Shown here: positions 37,087 through 49,009 of the stretch, piece after piece
Numbering within the stretch: the stretch's first letter is position 1
Layout: the number at the start of each line of letters is the position of its first letter
Origin: Monocercomonoides exilis PA203
Taxonomy: Eukaryota > Protista > Preaxostyla
NCBI GenBank assembly: GCA_001643675.2
Contig: LSRY02000053.1
Coordinates: 1 to 64,000 of the forward strand
Direction: 5' to 3'
DNA: 64,000 nucleotides
Translations under genes and position numbers: made by a program
The notes under the pieces: model-generated
Told to the model about the DNA's origin: nothing
What the model saw: the letters and a program-made list of their open reading frames with translations, nothing else
The model's database searches: none

Positions 37087-38214
37087 TTAAATAAATAAGA
37101 AAGCAAGAAAATGTTGTAAAATTATCAAAATTGCAGCAAAAAAAGACAAAACTCCTTTGCATTTTGCATAATTATTAAATAACCACACAATCTCAAAGCT
37201 GGAAACGACCTCAAGAAGCTTCAGACAAGTTTCTGATATTTTCTGCCTTTTTCTTGTTGCAATCTTTTTCCGCTTCATGTTCACCTCGTTCTCCCCAAAC
37301 TGTATCTGCAGCGTCAGACACTCCCACAACATCATCCCAATCGAGAACGAGACCGACTCCTTCGTTGCATCCATCTTCTTGTTCATCACCAGCTCCGGCG
37401 CCTTCCACAGAAGGCACTCATTTTTGAATTCTTCCTCATCCTCAAAAACCGATGAAGGAAGGGAGTCACTTTCATCATCACTTGCAGATGTCACAACAGT
37501 CGTTGATGATGAGATGGACGATGAATCCGAGTCTGTCGAGCAGTCTGAGTGCATCGCAATGCAGATCACCATGTGCTCTGAGAACAGCACAATGTGCGGA
37601 CTCAGGCCATCCAGCGATTGAAGCGCCACTTTGAGCTCGTCGAAGCAATGAAGCACCCCGTTCGCCACCCAGAACATGATCTGAGCAGCTGTCACCTCCC
37701 GCTCCTCCAGTGTACCTATCGCCATCTCTTTCTTCTCGTTCCTTCCATGAAGCAGCATGAACAATGAATCCCTCAAGTCCACGATCAGCTTCTCATGAGG
37801 AGATGAGCAGGCCATCGCATCCACCAGATTCGACATCGATGAGGTTGTTGGGCACATACTCTCTGATCGAACAAAAGTTGAATCTGTGTCTGAAGTGTCT
37901 GTTGTTGAAGTGGATGAGATGGATGGAGATGGTGTTCTCTTTCTTGTCTCTTCCTCTTCTTCAACCTTCTCTAATGCCCATTCTGGAATCTTATCTGAAT
38001 CTTTCCCCAGAATGTATTCTGTCGATCCACTCTCGCTCAAAAGATACTCTTCTGACTCTGAGTGTCCCAAGCTTTTCTCGTACGCCCTCTTCTTCATCCT
38101 CTCATCGTTTTTCTTCTCTGCCTCTCTTTCGGCTCTTCGCCATTGTTCCTCAGGAGACATCTCCATTGTCACCATCTCAAATGCTTTTGGATCCTTCCTC
38201 ACTGTGTCTTCCAC
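37087..38214 (-). CDS. Protein-kinase-like fragment (pseudokinase) carried inside the hAT element
   Basis: LLWKAPELVM...SFSIGMMLWECLTL matches kinase subdomains VIII-IX. No HRD or DFG motif. Confidence 0.6.
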   Translation of the reverse strand: MEDTVRKDPKAFEMVTMEMSPEEQWRRAEREAEKKNDERMKKRAYEKSLGHSESEEYLLSESGSTEYILGKDSDKIPEWALEKVEEEEETRKRTPSPSISSTSTTDTSDTDSTFVRSESMCPTTSSMSNLVDAMACSSPHEKLIVDLRDSLFMLLHGRNEKKEMAIGTLEEREVTAAQIMFWVANGVLHCFDELKVALQSLDGLSPHIVLFSEHMVICIAMHSDCSTDSDSSSISSSTTVVTSASDDESDSLPSSVFEDEEEFKNECLLWKAPELVMNKKMDATKESVSFSIGMMLWECLTLQIQFGENEVNMKRKKIATRKRQKISETCLKLLEVVSSFEIVWLFNNYAKCKGVLSFFAAILIILQHFLAFLFI

Positions 38215-38906
38215 AATTTTGTTTTTTCTATGTTTTTTGCAATATTATACAAATCAAACTGACAAAACGAGGAAAAAACAAAGATAATTAAATAAAACAA
38301 ATAATTTCTAACCTTTAGAAAATTGGAAAATTTAGTCTTTCCTTGCTTATTTTCCTTTTTCCCGATCAAATCCTGGAAATTGCCTGTATTTCTAAAATCT
38401 AATGAAAATCATAAAAATGCAATCAATTGAATGAACGAATACACAAAAAAATCTCACAAACTTCAGCAAACTTTATTCATGTTAATTTTTTTTCAATTTT
38501 TGTATCAATAACCGCAAATTGTGCAACGCATTAATAATATTAACATGCAAATGATTTAAGTTGTTCATGCATTGAAAAAATGTCAAATTGAAATAACTCA
38601 AAGCTGATTTGATAGCAATTCCTTGAATAACATAAAATTCGTTGTTATCAAAAAATAAAACGAAAAATCAACATATATATATCAAATATAAATAAAATGT
38701 TATGTTTACAACATTTAATACATGAAGATTCATCAGTTAAACTATTAACATTTTTGATCATTCCCATAATTATCAAATAATTTATTTTTAATTATGTGTG
38801 CCAAGATCTTGAAAAAATTTGATTTTTAATAATAAATAAATTTTTTAAATTTTATTAACTTTTGTTCAATCAAATAAAGAAACGTTTGCACACTTTTAAA
38901 TACTCG

Positions 38907-38966
<60 letters not shown>
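38907..38966 (+). repeat. Poly(A) tract, 60 nt
   Basis: Uninterrupted A run ~70 bp inside the hAT right end. Confidence 0.95.
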
Positions 38967-38967
<1 letters not shown>

Positions 38968-39464
38968 ACTTCGACACAAGTATTATTATTCGACCGACAC
39001 AAGCCTCTCCTGTTTCATGTGTCGCAAAGGTTTAGTTGAAAGTTTGCAGTCAAAAACAAAAAAAGTGTCAATAAAAGAAAAAGTCACATTAAAAAGTTGA
39101 CACTATTTGTTTTAATGAGCCCATAGTTGATCATTTCTTCTCCGCTTTCTTCATTTTTAATGTGAAATGGGAGACTATCAATGTTATTGACCCATCGCTC
39201 GATCCAACATCCATCAAAACATTCACTAAACATATGAATATTCAGAGAATTGAAAGTATTACGAGTTCGAAATTTGTGATGATGTGAGTCTTCACTGTTA
39301 GTAACAGTGCTCTTTAATATAGAAACAATGCAGCACAAAGAGCACGAATGAATTTTGTGCACTTGAAATGAGATTTTAACATCTTTATTGAGGATAATAA
39401 CAAATGACAAGATAAAATTTCCAGTTTGAAATAAGAAATAATATGACAATTTTAAAAGGAAATG

Positions 39465-39723
39465 TGTGTGATTCTTTTTGATTTCATATTTTTTCTATCA
39501 AAATTTTCGAATTAATAATATATCACAAATATTTCGAAATCAATCAGATGTTGTGATTAAAATCATATTTGAATTTCTCTGTTCTTCTATGATAAAATGT
39601 CTTTGAACAAAAATAATTTAAAAGCAAGTGATGATTTTTTGATTAAATTTCTAAAAAAATAATTGTGTATTCGAAAATTTTACACAAACTGAAAAAATAT
39701 ATGATTTCATAAATAATCACACA
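39465..39723. mobile_element. ~260-bp MITE, family B, degenerate copy
   Basis: tgtgtgattctttttgatttcatat ... atatgatttcataaataatcacaca; same size and termini as 40167-40427. Confidence 0.5.
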
Positions 39724-40083
39724 TGTTTTCTTCAATTTTGAACAAACACAAAATACATGACTTGTGCGAGCTGGCTTTACATCCTGAAAATGGTATTTGC
39801 CGAGGTATGGCAGTGAAAAATCCTTATTAAATTTTTACTTAGTAAAATTATGGAATATTTGTTTTTTTTAAAAAAAAAGAATCAAAACAAACATTGAACA
39901 AGTTATGAATCAGCATTTGCAGAATAGGATAAAAAAATAAATCACTTATTCATTGAAAAATACAATTTAATTTCTGATATGAAAAACAGAAATACAATTT
40001 TTTGTTTCAAAATGAAATTTTTATAAAGAGGCTAAAAATGATTATGCAAACATCACTTTGAAAGTTTATTGCTTTCATTTGTA

Positions 40084-40705
40084 CAGTTTGTGTAAAAATT
40101 ACCGGACATGATCGATATCTCAATAACAGCAAGAGGAATAATTCTGACAATTTTCCTCAAAATATATGGGTGATTATTTTTGAAATCATATCTTTTTTCG
40201 GAGTGTTGATTTTTCAAAGAATGTTTGTTTTTTGAAAGAAAATTTTTATTCAAAGGAGAAAAAGCATGACAATTGTTTTTTTAAAACAAATCGTTTTTCC
40301 GAATCAAAGATTAAAATGTATCCAATTAACCTTTTCACTTTTCAATTTTTTTTTTATTTGTATTCTTGAAATATTTTTGCTCCGAAATTTTTGAAAGAAA
40401 AAATATGATTACAAAAATAATCACCCATATCTCATCAATGCAAACTCATTTGATATACAAAACTTTCAAAGCAGCTTCATTTGTGCTTTGAAAAAATATA
40501 TATCGAAATCTCGGAGAAACAAAATTTCCAATTTCTCCGAGATTATAATCATTTATTTTTTCTGAGCACAAATAAAGTTGTTTTGAAAGTCTCGTATTTC
40601 ACGTGAGTTTGTATTGATGAGATACATTTTGAGGAAATTTAACAGAAATTTTCTTCTTGCTGTTATTGAGATATCGATCTTGTCCGGTATTTTTTGCACA
40701 AACTG
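40084..40705. mobile_element. Tc1/mariner-type MITE (family C) with TA TSD, containing a nested family-B MITE
   Basis: TA-cagtttgtgtaaaaattaccggacatgatcgatatctcaataacagcaaga ... tcttgctgttattgagatatcgatcttgtccggtattttttgcacaaactg-TA. Confidence 0.85.
40167..40427. mobile_element. ~260-bp MITE, family B, TA TSD, nested in the left TIR of family C
   Basis: TA-tgggtgattatttttgaaatcatat ... atatgattacaaaaataatcaccca-TA. Removing it restores symmetry with the family C right TIR. Confidence 0.8.
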
Positions 40706-41401
40706 TATTATGGAAATAGAACGAGAAAAAAATAACAATAATGGATGTAATAATAGATCAATGGTGGCTTTTCAATATTTAAAATCCATAAAATGCTTGA
40801 ATTAATAGAAATTGTTTCTGATGACACAAATATAAAAAAAATAATGGTTTCTTTCTTGACATATTTTGATAGGCTACAAAGACTTTTTTTATTTAATATT
40901 CATGATGGATTTAAAAAGAATATGAAAAAGAAACGGTTGCCACCGGAATTTTTTACAGGTCATATCATACACATTTCCCGTTTGTTGTTATCGATAACAA
41001 AAATATTGATAACAAGAACAATACTGAAAAAAAAAAGAAATAAAAAATAATCTGCTTCATGAAATGAATTTCAAAGCAGTGAATAAAAAAAGCCAAAAAA
41101 CTAACAAAAGATATATAAGAATAGAAAGCAAGATGATTTGTTCTTTAAAAAAAGAAAGCACAACAAAAGGCAACAAAGAGAAAACTGATTAAAATGAATG
41201 AATAATGAGAAAACTGTGTTGATGACACTTCATGCACAGTAGAAAGTGTTGTATCAAAATAAAATCTTTTCTTTTCTCCTTTTTTTCCCCCCTTTCGTTT
41301 GTCTGTTTGTTCATCTTCCTCTTCTTCTGCTTCATCTTCTTGATGCTTCAAAATTGTCAAATATGATGACGAAAGGAATGGAAATGAATTGTACATTCAC
41401 T

Positions 41402-42881
41402 TTACGGAAACACAAAATAATCAGATAGATATTTTACTGGTTGATTATATCGAAGCATAAATGATCGATATGACGTCATTTCATAGAGACTTGTCATTGA
41501 ATCTTCATATCCGTCTTCTTCCATCTTTTCAAATATCTTCCTTTTCGTTGCCTTTCTTTTCGCTTTGCAAATTTTTTCATTATTTTCTGCTCCCAACCTT
41601 ATTGAAATATGCAGAGATAAAACCATGCATTCATATGTCAATCTGTAATTCTGTGTTGGCTGTTGAATCTCCTCCAAAAGCGCATCAACGACGTCACCTT
41701 TCAGCAAGTAATCAACTTTTACTGCTCTGTTATTTGCTGCTGAAATAAGCGGAAATAAGCAATTTCTGCTTATTTCTTTGAAATTATCCTTTGATGCTCG
41801 AAAAACCTGAATAATGCAGCTAAAAAGCCCAACAAGTTCTTTATTCTTCAATCTGCAGTTTTTAAAATAAACGTTCAGTGTTGCGAGCCACCTCATTAAA
41901 GTTGCTATCTCTTTTATTTCCTTTCCATTCGTTTTCCCTTCTCTTCTCTTCAAATCCACATTTCTTACCAGCTCTTCCAGTTCTCTTCTTGCTTCTCCCA
42001 CAAAATGCAGTTCATTTGTTATCACTTCTTCCAAGCTTTTGTCGTTGATAAATCTGTAAATCAAAAACTGCCAAGCAGATTGATAGGCAAGCCGAGTCAG
42101 ATTGTGGTGTTCCTGATGATGTTTCATGATTTCTTTGATCCTATTCAAATACAATTCATTTTGCATTTTCTGTTTTAAAAGGATTGGCAAAAATAAAAAT
42201 AAAAATAAAAAAACACAAAAATAATCAAACCGCATAATACTCAATATTGCTTATAGCCAGCAAAGCCATTTCCACTTCTTTCTGAGCCTCCTCGTTTTCC
42301 TCTTTGTTCGATGCAATTTTCAGAAGATAAGGTAAGCAAATCAACGAAAATTCAGGTGGGAAGTCGTTATATAAAGACGCATAGCATTCACAAAGATCAG
42401 CCAGAAGCTTTTCGTTCTTTTCATCTTTCTTCTCACTTTCTTCAATAATCATCTTCTCAAATATTTCGTTCAATGAAGATTCTATAAATCCATAAACGCA
42501 CGTACGTTTCAACGCATTCCAATATCCAACATGCTTCAATAACAAAATTGCATTTTCCATTGACATTTTCTTTTCTTCAATCATTTGAAATATTTTGTCG
42601 AATATTTCAACTTCAAAAATAGAACAAAATTCATCATCATCCATTCTATCAACTATTTCATTCGCTTCTCCGATTTTCTTTCTCTGTTCACTTTTATTGC
42701 AACGCTCCAGTTCAGAAAACAATTCTTTAAAAAAATAAACAAAAAATGTAATCTCCAGCAATTCAAATACAACAATGAATGCTAACCTGTGAATTGTTTT
42801 GTGTTGCTCATCTCCTGCATTTTTGTAACGCATTACATTCAGAAAACAAAAGGATTTTTGCCATTCACATTGAATTCGCAT
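41402..42881 (-). CDS. Lineage-specific helical (ARM-like) multigene family protein, ~3 exons
   Basis: ORFs 42881-42225 and 42244-41402 with family motifs QKEVEMALLA, HHQEHHNLTRLAYQSAWQFL and EKMEEDGYED; paralogue at 45794-47250. Confidence 0.7.
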
Positions 42882-44280
42882 TTGTTTAAAAAGAAGAAAT
42901 AGATGGAAAATAAAAACTCAAAAGAATCATAAAAATATGTGTTTATACCGTTTTTTCTTTTGTTGACATTTTGGCTGAGGATTATGAAAAGAAACAACTC
43001 TTTTTCAATTTTTCTTTATCTGTAATGGATTGAATGATCGAAAGATACACTTTGGGCTGGAATAACAACAGGCTGAATGAGAAATTGGTGAGTGAATATT
43101 TTCTGTAGGATATGCGATTTTATTTTGTGTGGTGGTACGAAACAGAGAAGACGGGGAATTGATGATGGAATTGAGTGAAATAATTTTTGTGAAAAACATA
43201 TTTGAAGGGAGTACAGCAATTTCAGAATATTTGAAAGAAAATATATTGATGTATGTATATTATTTTTTGAATGGTTGTTATTCATTTTTAAAGATGTTTC
43301 CATCAGTGGCCTTCTCAAAGTTCAGGAATCTGATAAATTATATAAATGGCCATTCTTTTGCTTTTCTGAGCAGAACATCAGAAGAGAGCTGTATGGCAAG
43401 ATATAATCAGCAGATGGGAGTTGCATATTTTTGCTATTCAATTGGAACAGTGGATTCAAAAAAATTAAGTTGAAAAGCATTTGATTGATAATGAAAAGGA
43501 GAATACAAACAATTGGAGAGCACATGGAAAGAAGAGAATTCGGAGATATTTTTTCCAGTGGGGAAAAAAATGGATGAAAACATAGAAAGAAGGATATTTA
43601 TAAGGAGAAAAAAGGATGATGGAGAAAGGAGCACAGGGAAACAATGGAAAAGGAGAATGGCAGCATCAGTGATAAAGCAATCTTCTGCTTTTGCAATAGA
43701 AAGGACAGGCGTGAACTTTTGAGGGAATTTCTATAATCAATGCAAAACAAATTTTTTTTTTATTTAATAAATCTTTTTTCCATCCAGCCAACAGCATTTT
43801 TAATGTTGAGCTTTATTCCCAAGGACAACCCATTTCAAGTTGCATTTTTGTGGGCAGTGAGTTTTCTTCTCCTTCTCCTTCGATTTCTTCATTGACGATA
43901 TTATTTTAGCTTGGCTAATGTGAAGAGCACCTTCTTCGTCTTTGTGAATTTGTTGTTTGAATCGCAATCAAATTCCATGTTGCAACATGGAATGGATCTG
44001 CCTTCTCTTGCTGCTATTGGCTGTTATGAAATTCGAATCCATCAAATGTTTCTTCATTTCCTTCAGATGAGTCTTGTTGGCCTTTGCCACTCAGCAGCCT
44101 CTCAAACAGCTCCATCAAACTCATTTTCTTTCATTTTTCATTTCAACTCTGTTTCTTGCTTCGTTCTTTCTTCAGCTCTGATGCTGCAAATTTTTTATTT
44201 GCGAAAGCAGTCATTGTGTTGAACTATGATTATTCAGTATTTGCTTCTTCTTCATTTTCTTCTTCATTTCTTCTCTTCTC

Positions 44281-44440
44281 ATCATCATCATCATCATCAT
44301 CTTCTTCTTCTTCTTCTTCTTCTTCTTCTTCTTCTTCTTCTTCTTCTTCTTCTTCAAATACTTCTTCTTCTTCTTCTTCAAATTCTTCTTCTTCTTCTTC
44401 TTCTTCTTCTTCTTCTTCTTCTTCTTCTTCTTCTTCTTCT
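44281..44440. repeat. (ATC)n/(TCT)n microsatellite within a degenerate gene
   Basis: Direct trinucleotide repeat. Confidence 0.9.
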
Positions 44441-45793
44441 TTATATTCAAGTTATATTTCTCATTTCAAATTCTTTTCGACAAACTATCAACAAACAAGA
44501 AACGCTCCACATCTGATATTTCTTCGTTCTTCTTGTTCTTCTATCATCATCATCAAAAAAAGCATGAGAATGTTTGACAGAATTTCTTTTTCTTTTTCTT
44601 CTGCATTTTGAATGTTTATAAAAACAGAAATATTGGAGAATGAATGGGAAAAGGCAAAAGAAGACTTTTCCATTGAACACATCAACCGTTAGCCTCAATG
44701 TTATGGATTCATTTCTTTCGTCTTTTCAATTCATTCTCAACAACCAAAAATGAAAAGTTTAATATTTGAAGGAATGCATTGTTTTTGCATTGGGCTTGAG
44801 AAAAAAGGGGATTTGGAAGAGTGGATTTTGGAACATTTCATGAATTGAAGAAAAATGGAGAAGAAAAGAACAATTTTGAGCAGAGATTGAGAGAGATCAG
44901 TCAAGGAAAGAGAATGACGATGAAAAATGAATGATTAATGAAGAAAATTTTGATTATGTGATAGCAAAGCAGCTGAAGAGGAAATACAATTGGAGCAGAA
45001 CTTTTGGATGATATTGTGAGAAAAGAATGTGAATGAGATTTCTTCTCTTTCTCCGTCAATGGGCAAATGCAGATGAAAACAGAATGATGAAAGAAAAAGG
45101 AAGAGAAAGAAATGGAAATTGATCAACTTTTTGAAGAAATGAATTTTGAGATGAAATGAATGAAATGAGTGTCCTTATTCAAGAAGAAGAGATAAAAGGA
45201 ATGAAGAGAAAAGCGAAGAAAGACAATGGGGAAGAAAAGAATAAAGAGATATGAAAAACTGAACAAAAATGAGAAGGGTGTGAAGAGCAATTAATCATGA
45301 ATAACTTTGTTCTGTCATTCACCTTCTGAATTGGATCATTGGATCAGCTTCTTTTCAGCCATGTTTGCTGTTGCGTATGGAACTCACGAAGTTGACATCT
45401 GCATTCTTCAGCAAACACTTCTTCAGAAATGCCTTTGCATTCTTCCCAAGAGTTTTCATATCGCATTTCGCCTCTCACTTCTCGAATTCATTGAGAATGC
45501 GATGAGAAAGAAAAAAAGCAGAGTTATCAAGATGCTTCAAGAGGAAATAACTGAACAGAAAACTTTTCATGAAAAAATAAATCTCTTTGAATAAGATGGA
45601 AGACCGATATTCATACAATGACCATTATTGATGGTGATAAAAAATAATGGATTTTTTTGATTTTTCTTTTTTATTGAAAGAGGAAATAAAAATAACAATA
45701 AAAATTCTTCAATCAATTTTTTGTTATTTTGCGAAATGACACAAAATGAAAAAGACAGTTTTTGAGTCATTAAATGAAATGCGTCTCATTTCC

Positions 45794-47250
45794 TCAAATA
45801 TACACAAAATAATCAGAAAGATTCAAAGATAATTTGTGATAATTTCTTTTGCTAAGAAAATCTATAATTTCATGAAAGCATGTGATAACATCTTCGTATC
45901 CTTCTTCTTCCAGCTTTTCAAAAACCTTCCTTTTCGTTGCCTTTCTTTCCTCTTCTTCCATTTCTTCTTTCTCCTTTTCTTTCAATCGTCTTGAAACTCT
46001 TATTAAGAATTTCAAGCCGTTAAACGCAATTTTGTCATTTAGTGTTGGTTGCTGCATCCCCTCCAAAACAGCACCAACAGCTCCACTTTCTAACAAGTCT
46101 TCAACTTTGATAGCTTCGTTCTTTGCTGCATTTCTCAACGAGCAAATGCACCAATAGCTAATTTCTCTGGATTTCTCCTTCGCTGCTTGATATATCTGAA
46201 CAAAGCTTCTTATCAGCTCAACATATTCTTCATTCCACGATGAGCATGAGATAAAAAAATAATCCAATGTTCCGATCCATTCTGAAAAAATAAACTCTTC
46301 TTTCGTTTCTTTTTCATTTTCATCTTCTTTTCTCTTCCAATCCACATATTTCTTCTGTTCTTCCAGTTCTCTTCTTGCTTCTCCCACAAAATGCAGCTCA
46401 TTCACAATGACATCATTCAAGCTTTTGTCGTTGAAAAATCTGTAAATCAAAAACTGCCAAGCAGATAGATAGGCAATCCGAGTCAGATTGTGGTGTTCCT
46501 GGTGATATTGGACAATCCCTTCGATCTCATTCAAGAACTGTCCTTTTTCAAATTTACACTAAAAAATAAACAAAGAGAAATTATTAATGTTTGAAAAATA
46601 TATAGAAATTCTCACACATTGAAGAATTTAATCGAGTTCAAAGCTATCAAAGCCATTTCCACTTCTTTTTGAGTTATCTCATCTTCCTCTTTCTTCAAAG
46701 CAATTTTTAGAAGGCGGAGCACACAAATGACAAGTAATTTGTCATCTATAAAGTGCTCATACAACATTATATAGCATACGCAAAGATCGCCTAAAAGATT
46801 CTCTTTCTTTCCTCCTTTCTTCTTATCTTCTTCAAAAATTATCCTTTGAATTCTTTTGCTCAGTAAACATTTGTCAAAAATGTCATTCGACACTCCATTA
46901 AGCACTTTGCTGTATCCAATGTGCTTCAACAGCAAAATGGCATTTTCCATTGAAAGTTTCTTTTCTTCAATCAAATTGTTTATTTTGTTGAACAGCTCTT
47001 CTGAAATAGCATGATAAAGCATGGTTTCACTCATTTCTTCGATAATTCCATTCATTTCTTCGATAATTTTCTTTCTCTGTTCATCTTCATCGCAATCTTC
47101 CAGTTCTGAAAACAACACTTCCAAAATTATGTTAAAGCATCAATTAAAATGCTTTTAAACGACAATTGAAATTCACAAACTATTAAACTTATCTGTGCAT
47201 GACAGCTCCTGCGTATAATCATTGGATTTGTCTTTATTGCATATTTCCAT
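45794..47250 (-). CDS. Second member of the same lineage-specific helical protein family, ~3 exons
   Basis: ORFs 47124-46612 and 46534-45794 (QKEVEMALIA, YHQEHHNLTRIAYLSAWQFL, EKLEEEGYEDVI), separated by a GT..AG intron. Confidence 0.75.
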
Positions 47251-48448
47251 TCTGTCTATTTTTAGCAAAGATCAAATTTCCGCAAAAATTCAACTGAAAA
47301 ACAAAAAACAAAAACAACATTGATGATTGTTGACAAAACAAAGACAAAGGCCAAACTCAATTCCTTTGATAAGTAAAATATGTGTTGAAAAAGGGGTTAC
47401 AAAGAAGTCAAGATATAGGCTATATTTAGCCAAATACGAAAGAATTTTATTTCTTTTTGATCGTGCCAACAATAATTCATTTCATTGAAAAGAATGGGGT
47501 TACGAATGATATTTTGAACTCTTTGGAAGATATCCCACATGCCTAGAATTGAATATTAAAAAAATTTCCATTTCAACATTCTGAGCAACATGAAGAAGAA
47601 GAGAAAAGACTTTGAAAAGAACTTTGCAAAGAGGAGACAAAAAAGAAACCATTTGATGATTAATCGTGCGTGTGCTTCATTCACCTCCAAATTAAAATGC
47701 AAGCATTAGCATTTCATTTTTTGCACTCACGTTTTGCGTCATCTGGAGCACACCTTGATAGAAATGATTTTTTCCTGTTATTTCAGAGTGTTTGCTGGTT
47801 TCTGTGGGTATTTCGATTTCACCTATTCGTTACAGTTATAAGCTATTGGGATTCTTTTATTATTAGTTAATTTCTTGAGTTGGCCATTCGAGCTAAAGGA
47901 AAATTGATGGAGTGTATCAAGCTTTCGTTAATCCACATGTTTTTGAAGATCGGAAACATGATAACTGAATGCCTTTGGGACTGCATGGATGCAACAATGG
48001 ACCACATTGTTGATCGGGCAATGAAAGAGATTTTATTCCAAAAGGCTTTGAGGCTGAGAGAAGATGACAAAAGAAGATTGTTGCAATATCGAAATCAAAT
48101 TGCAACTAATTTTCGTATTTATTTCAATGTATTACTCGTTTAATGGTGATGCAACTTGTTGAATATTTTTCAATAAGGACGCTTATTACGTTTTTTGGAT
48201 AATTATTATTTTTGGTTGATTTGTTAACAGTTGTTGACTCTCCAATATCAGCATGGAGTTCGAGGCAAAACTAGAAGCAACACGAACGATATCAAAATGA
48301 ATTTGCCAAGACAGAACAGACTGCAATTGAAGTGTCTGATCAAGTTAAGGTGTGTTATCCAAATAAAGTCATATTTTGATATTTATTTTTTTTTAAAATT
48401 AAACTTTAATGAAAAAGAAAGAAAGAAGGAAGGAAATCATAAAAAATA

Positions 48449-48706
48449 TGGGTGATTATTTTTGAAATCATATTTTTTCATTCAAATTTTTAGGTTCGAA
48501 AAATTTTCTTAAATATAAACAAAAGAACACTGAAAAGTGAAAATACTTATAATTGATATCTTTATCATTATTTCAGATTTTACATTTGTATTTGAAATGG
48601 TTTTGACGAACTTTTTCATTAGAATACAAAATCTTTATTTAACGACAAACAACCTTTGAAAAATCAATACCCCGAAAAAAGTTATGATTACAAAAATAAT
48701 CACACA
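48449..48706. mobile_element. ~260-bp MITE, family B, TA TSD
   Basis: TA-tgggtgattatttttgaaatcatat ... tatgattacaaaaataatcacaca-TA; internal sequence is an inverted match to 40167-40427. Confidence 0.75.
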
Positions 48707-49009
48707 TATAAAATATTACTCATTCTTTATGGACAATAATAATTTCATATTTTCACTTTTGTTTTTTCTTTTTCTTTTTTTTTTTTTAACATTGCTGTTC
48801 TTTTAACTTTTTGTAAAGAAAAAATACAAACAGCTGTGAAGAGATTATCAAAGGCAAGCAACTTCAATTTGAGAGGCGAGAAGATGTGCTTATTTAAAAA
48901 AAAGGTATTGCATCGTTTATAAATGAAAATTTTCATTCATTATTTTTCTATTTTTTTTCATTTTCTTTTTCTATTCTTTGATTTGTTTTCAGACTTTTAT
49001 GAACCTTCA

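Larger units (their letters stand above)
32990..39034 (+). mobile_element. hAT DNA transposon with cargo
   Basis: 8-bp TSD GTTGAAAG (32982-32989, 39035-39042). TIRs aaggcctttgcgacaca / tgtgtcgcaaaggttta. Subterminal CGAC repeats at both ends. Contains a hAT transposase. Confidence 0.9.
32052..39086. repeat. Foldback palindrome with 466-bp arms and a 50-bp spacer; right arm interrupted by a hAT insertion
   Basis: 32096-32517 is the near-perfect reverse complement of 32568-32989. The remaining left arm, 32052-32095, matches 39043-39086 after the insertion. Confidence 0.9.

Noticed and set aside
38907-38966. Retrotransposon/processed-gene poly(A) tail for the kinase cargo
   Set aside because: The A run is on the plus strand and upstream of the minus-strand kinase ORF, the wrong position and orientation for its tail; no RT or separate TSD seen.
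44084-44611. Poly-Ser, poly-Leu and poly-Lys ORFs
   Set aside because: Translations of a (TCT)n microsatellite in degenerate sequence.
47480-48360. Coding-like stretch with short ORFs
   Set aside because: Too degenerate; no motif I can identify.
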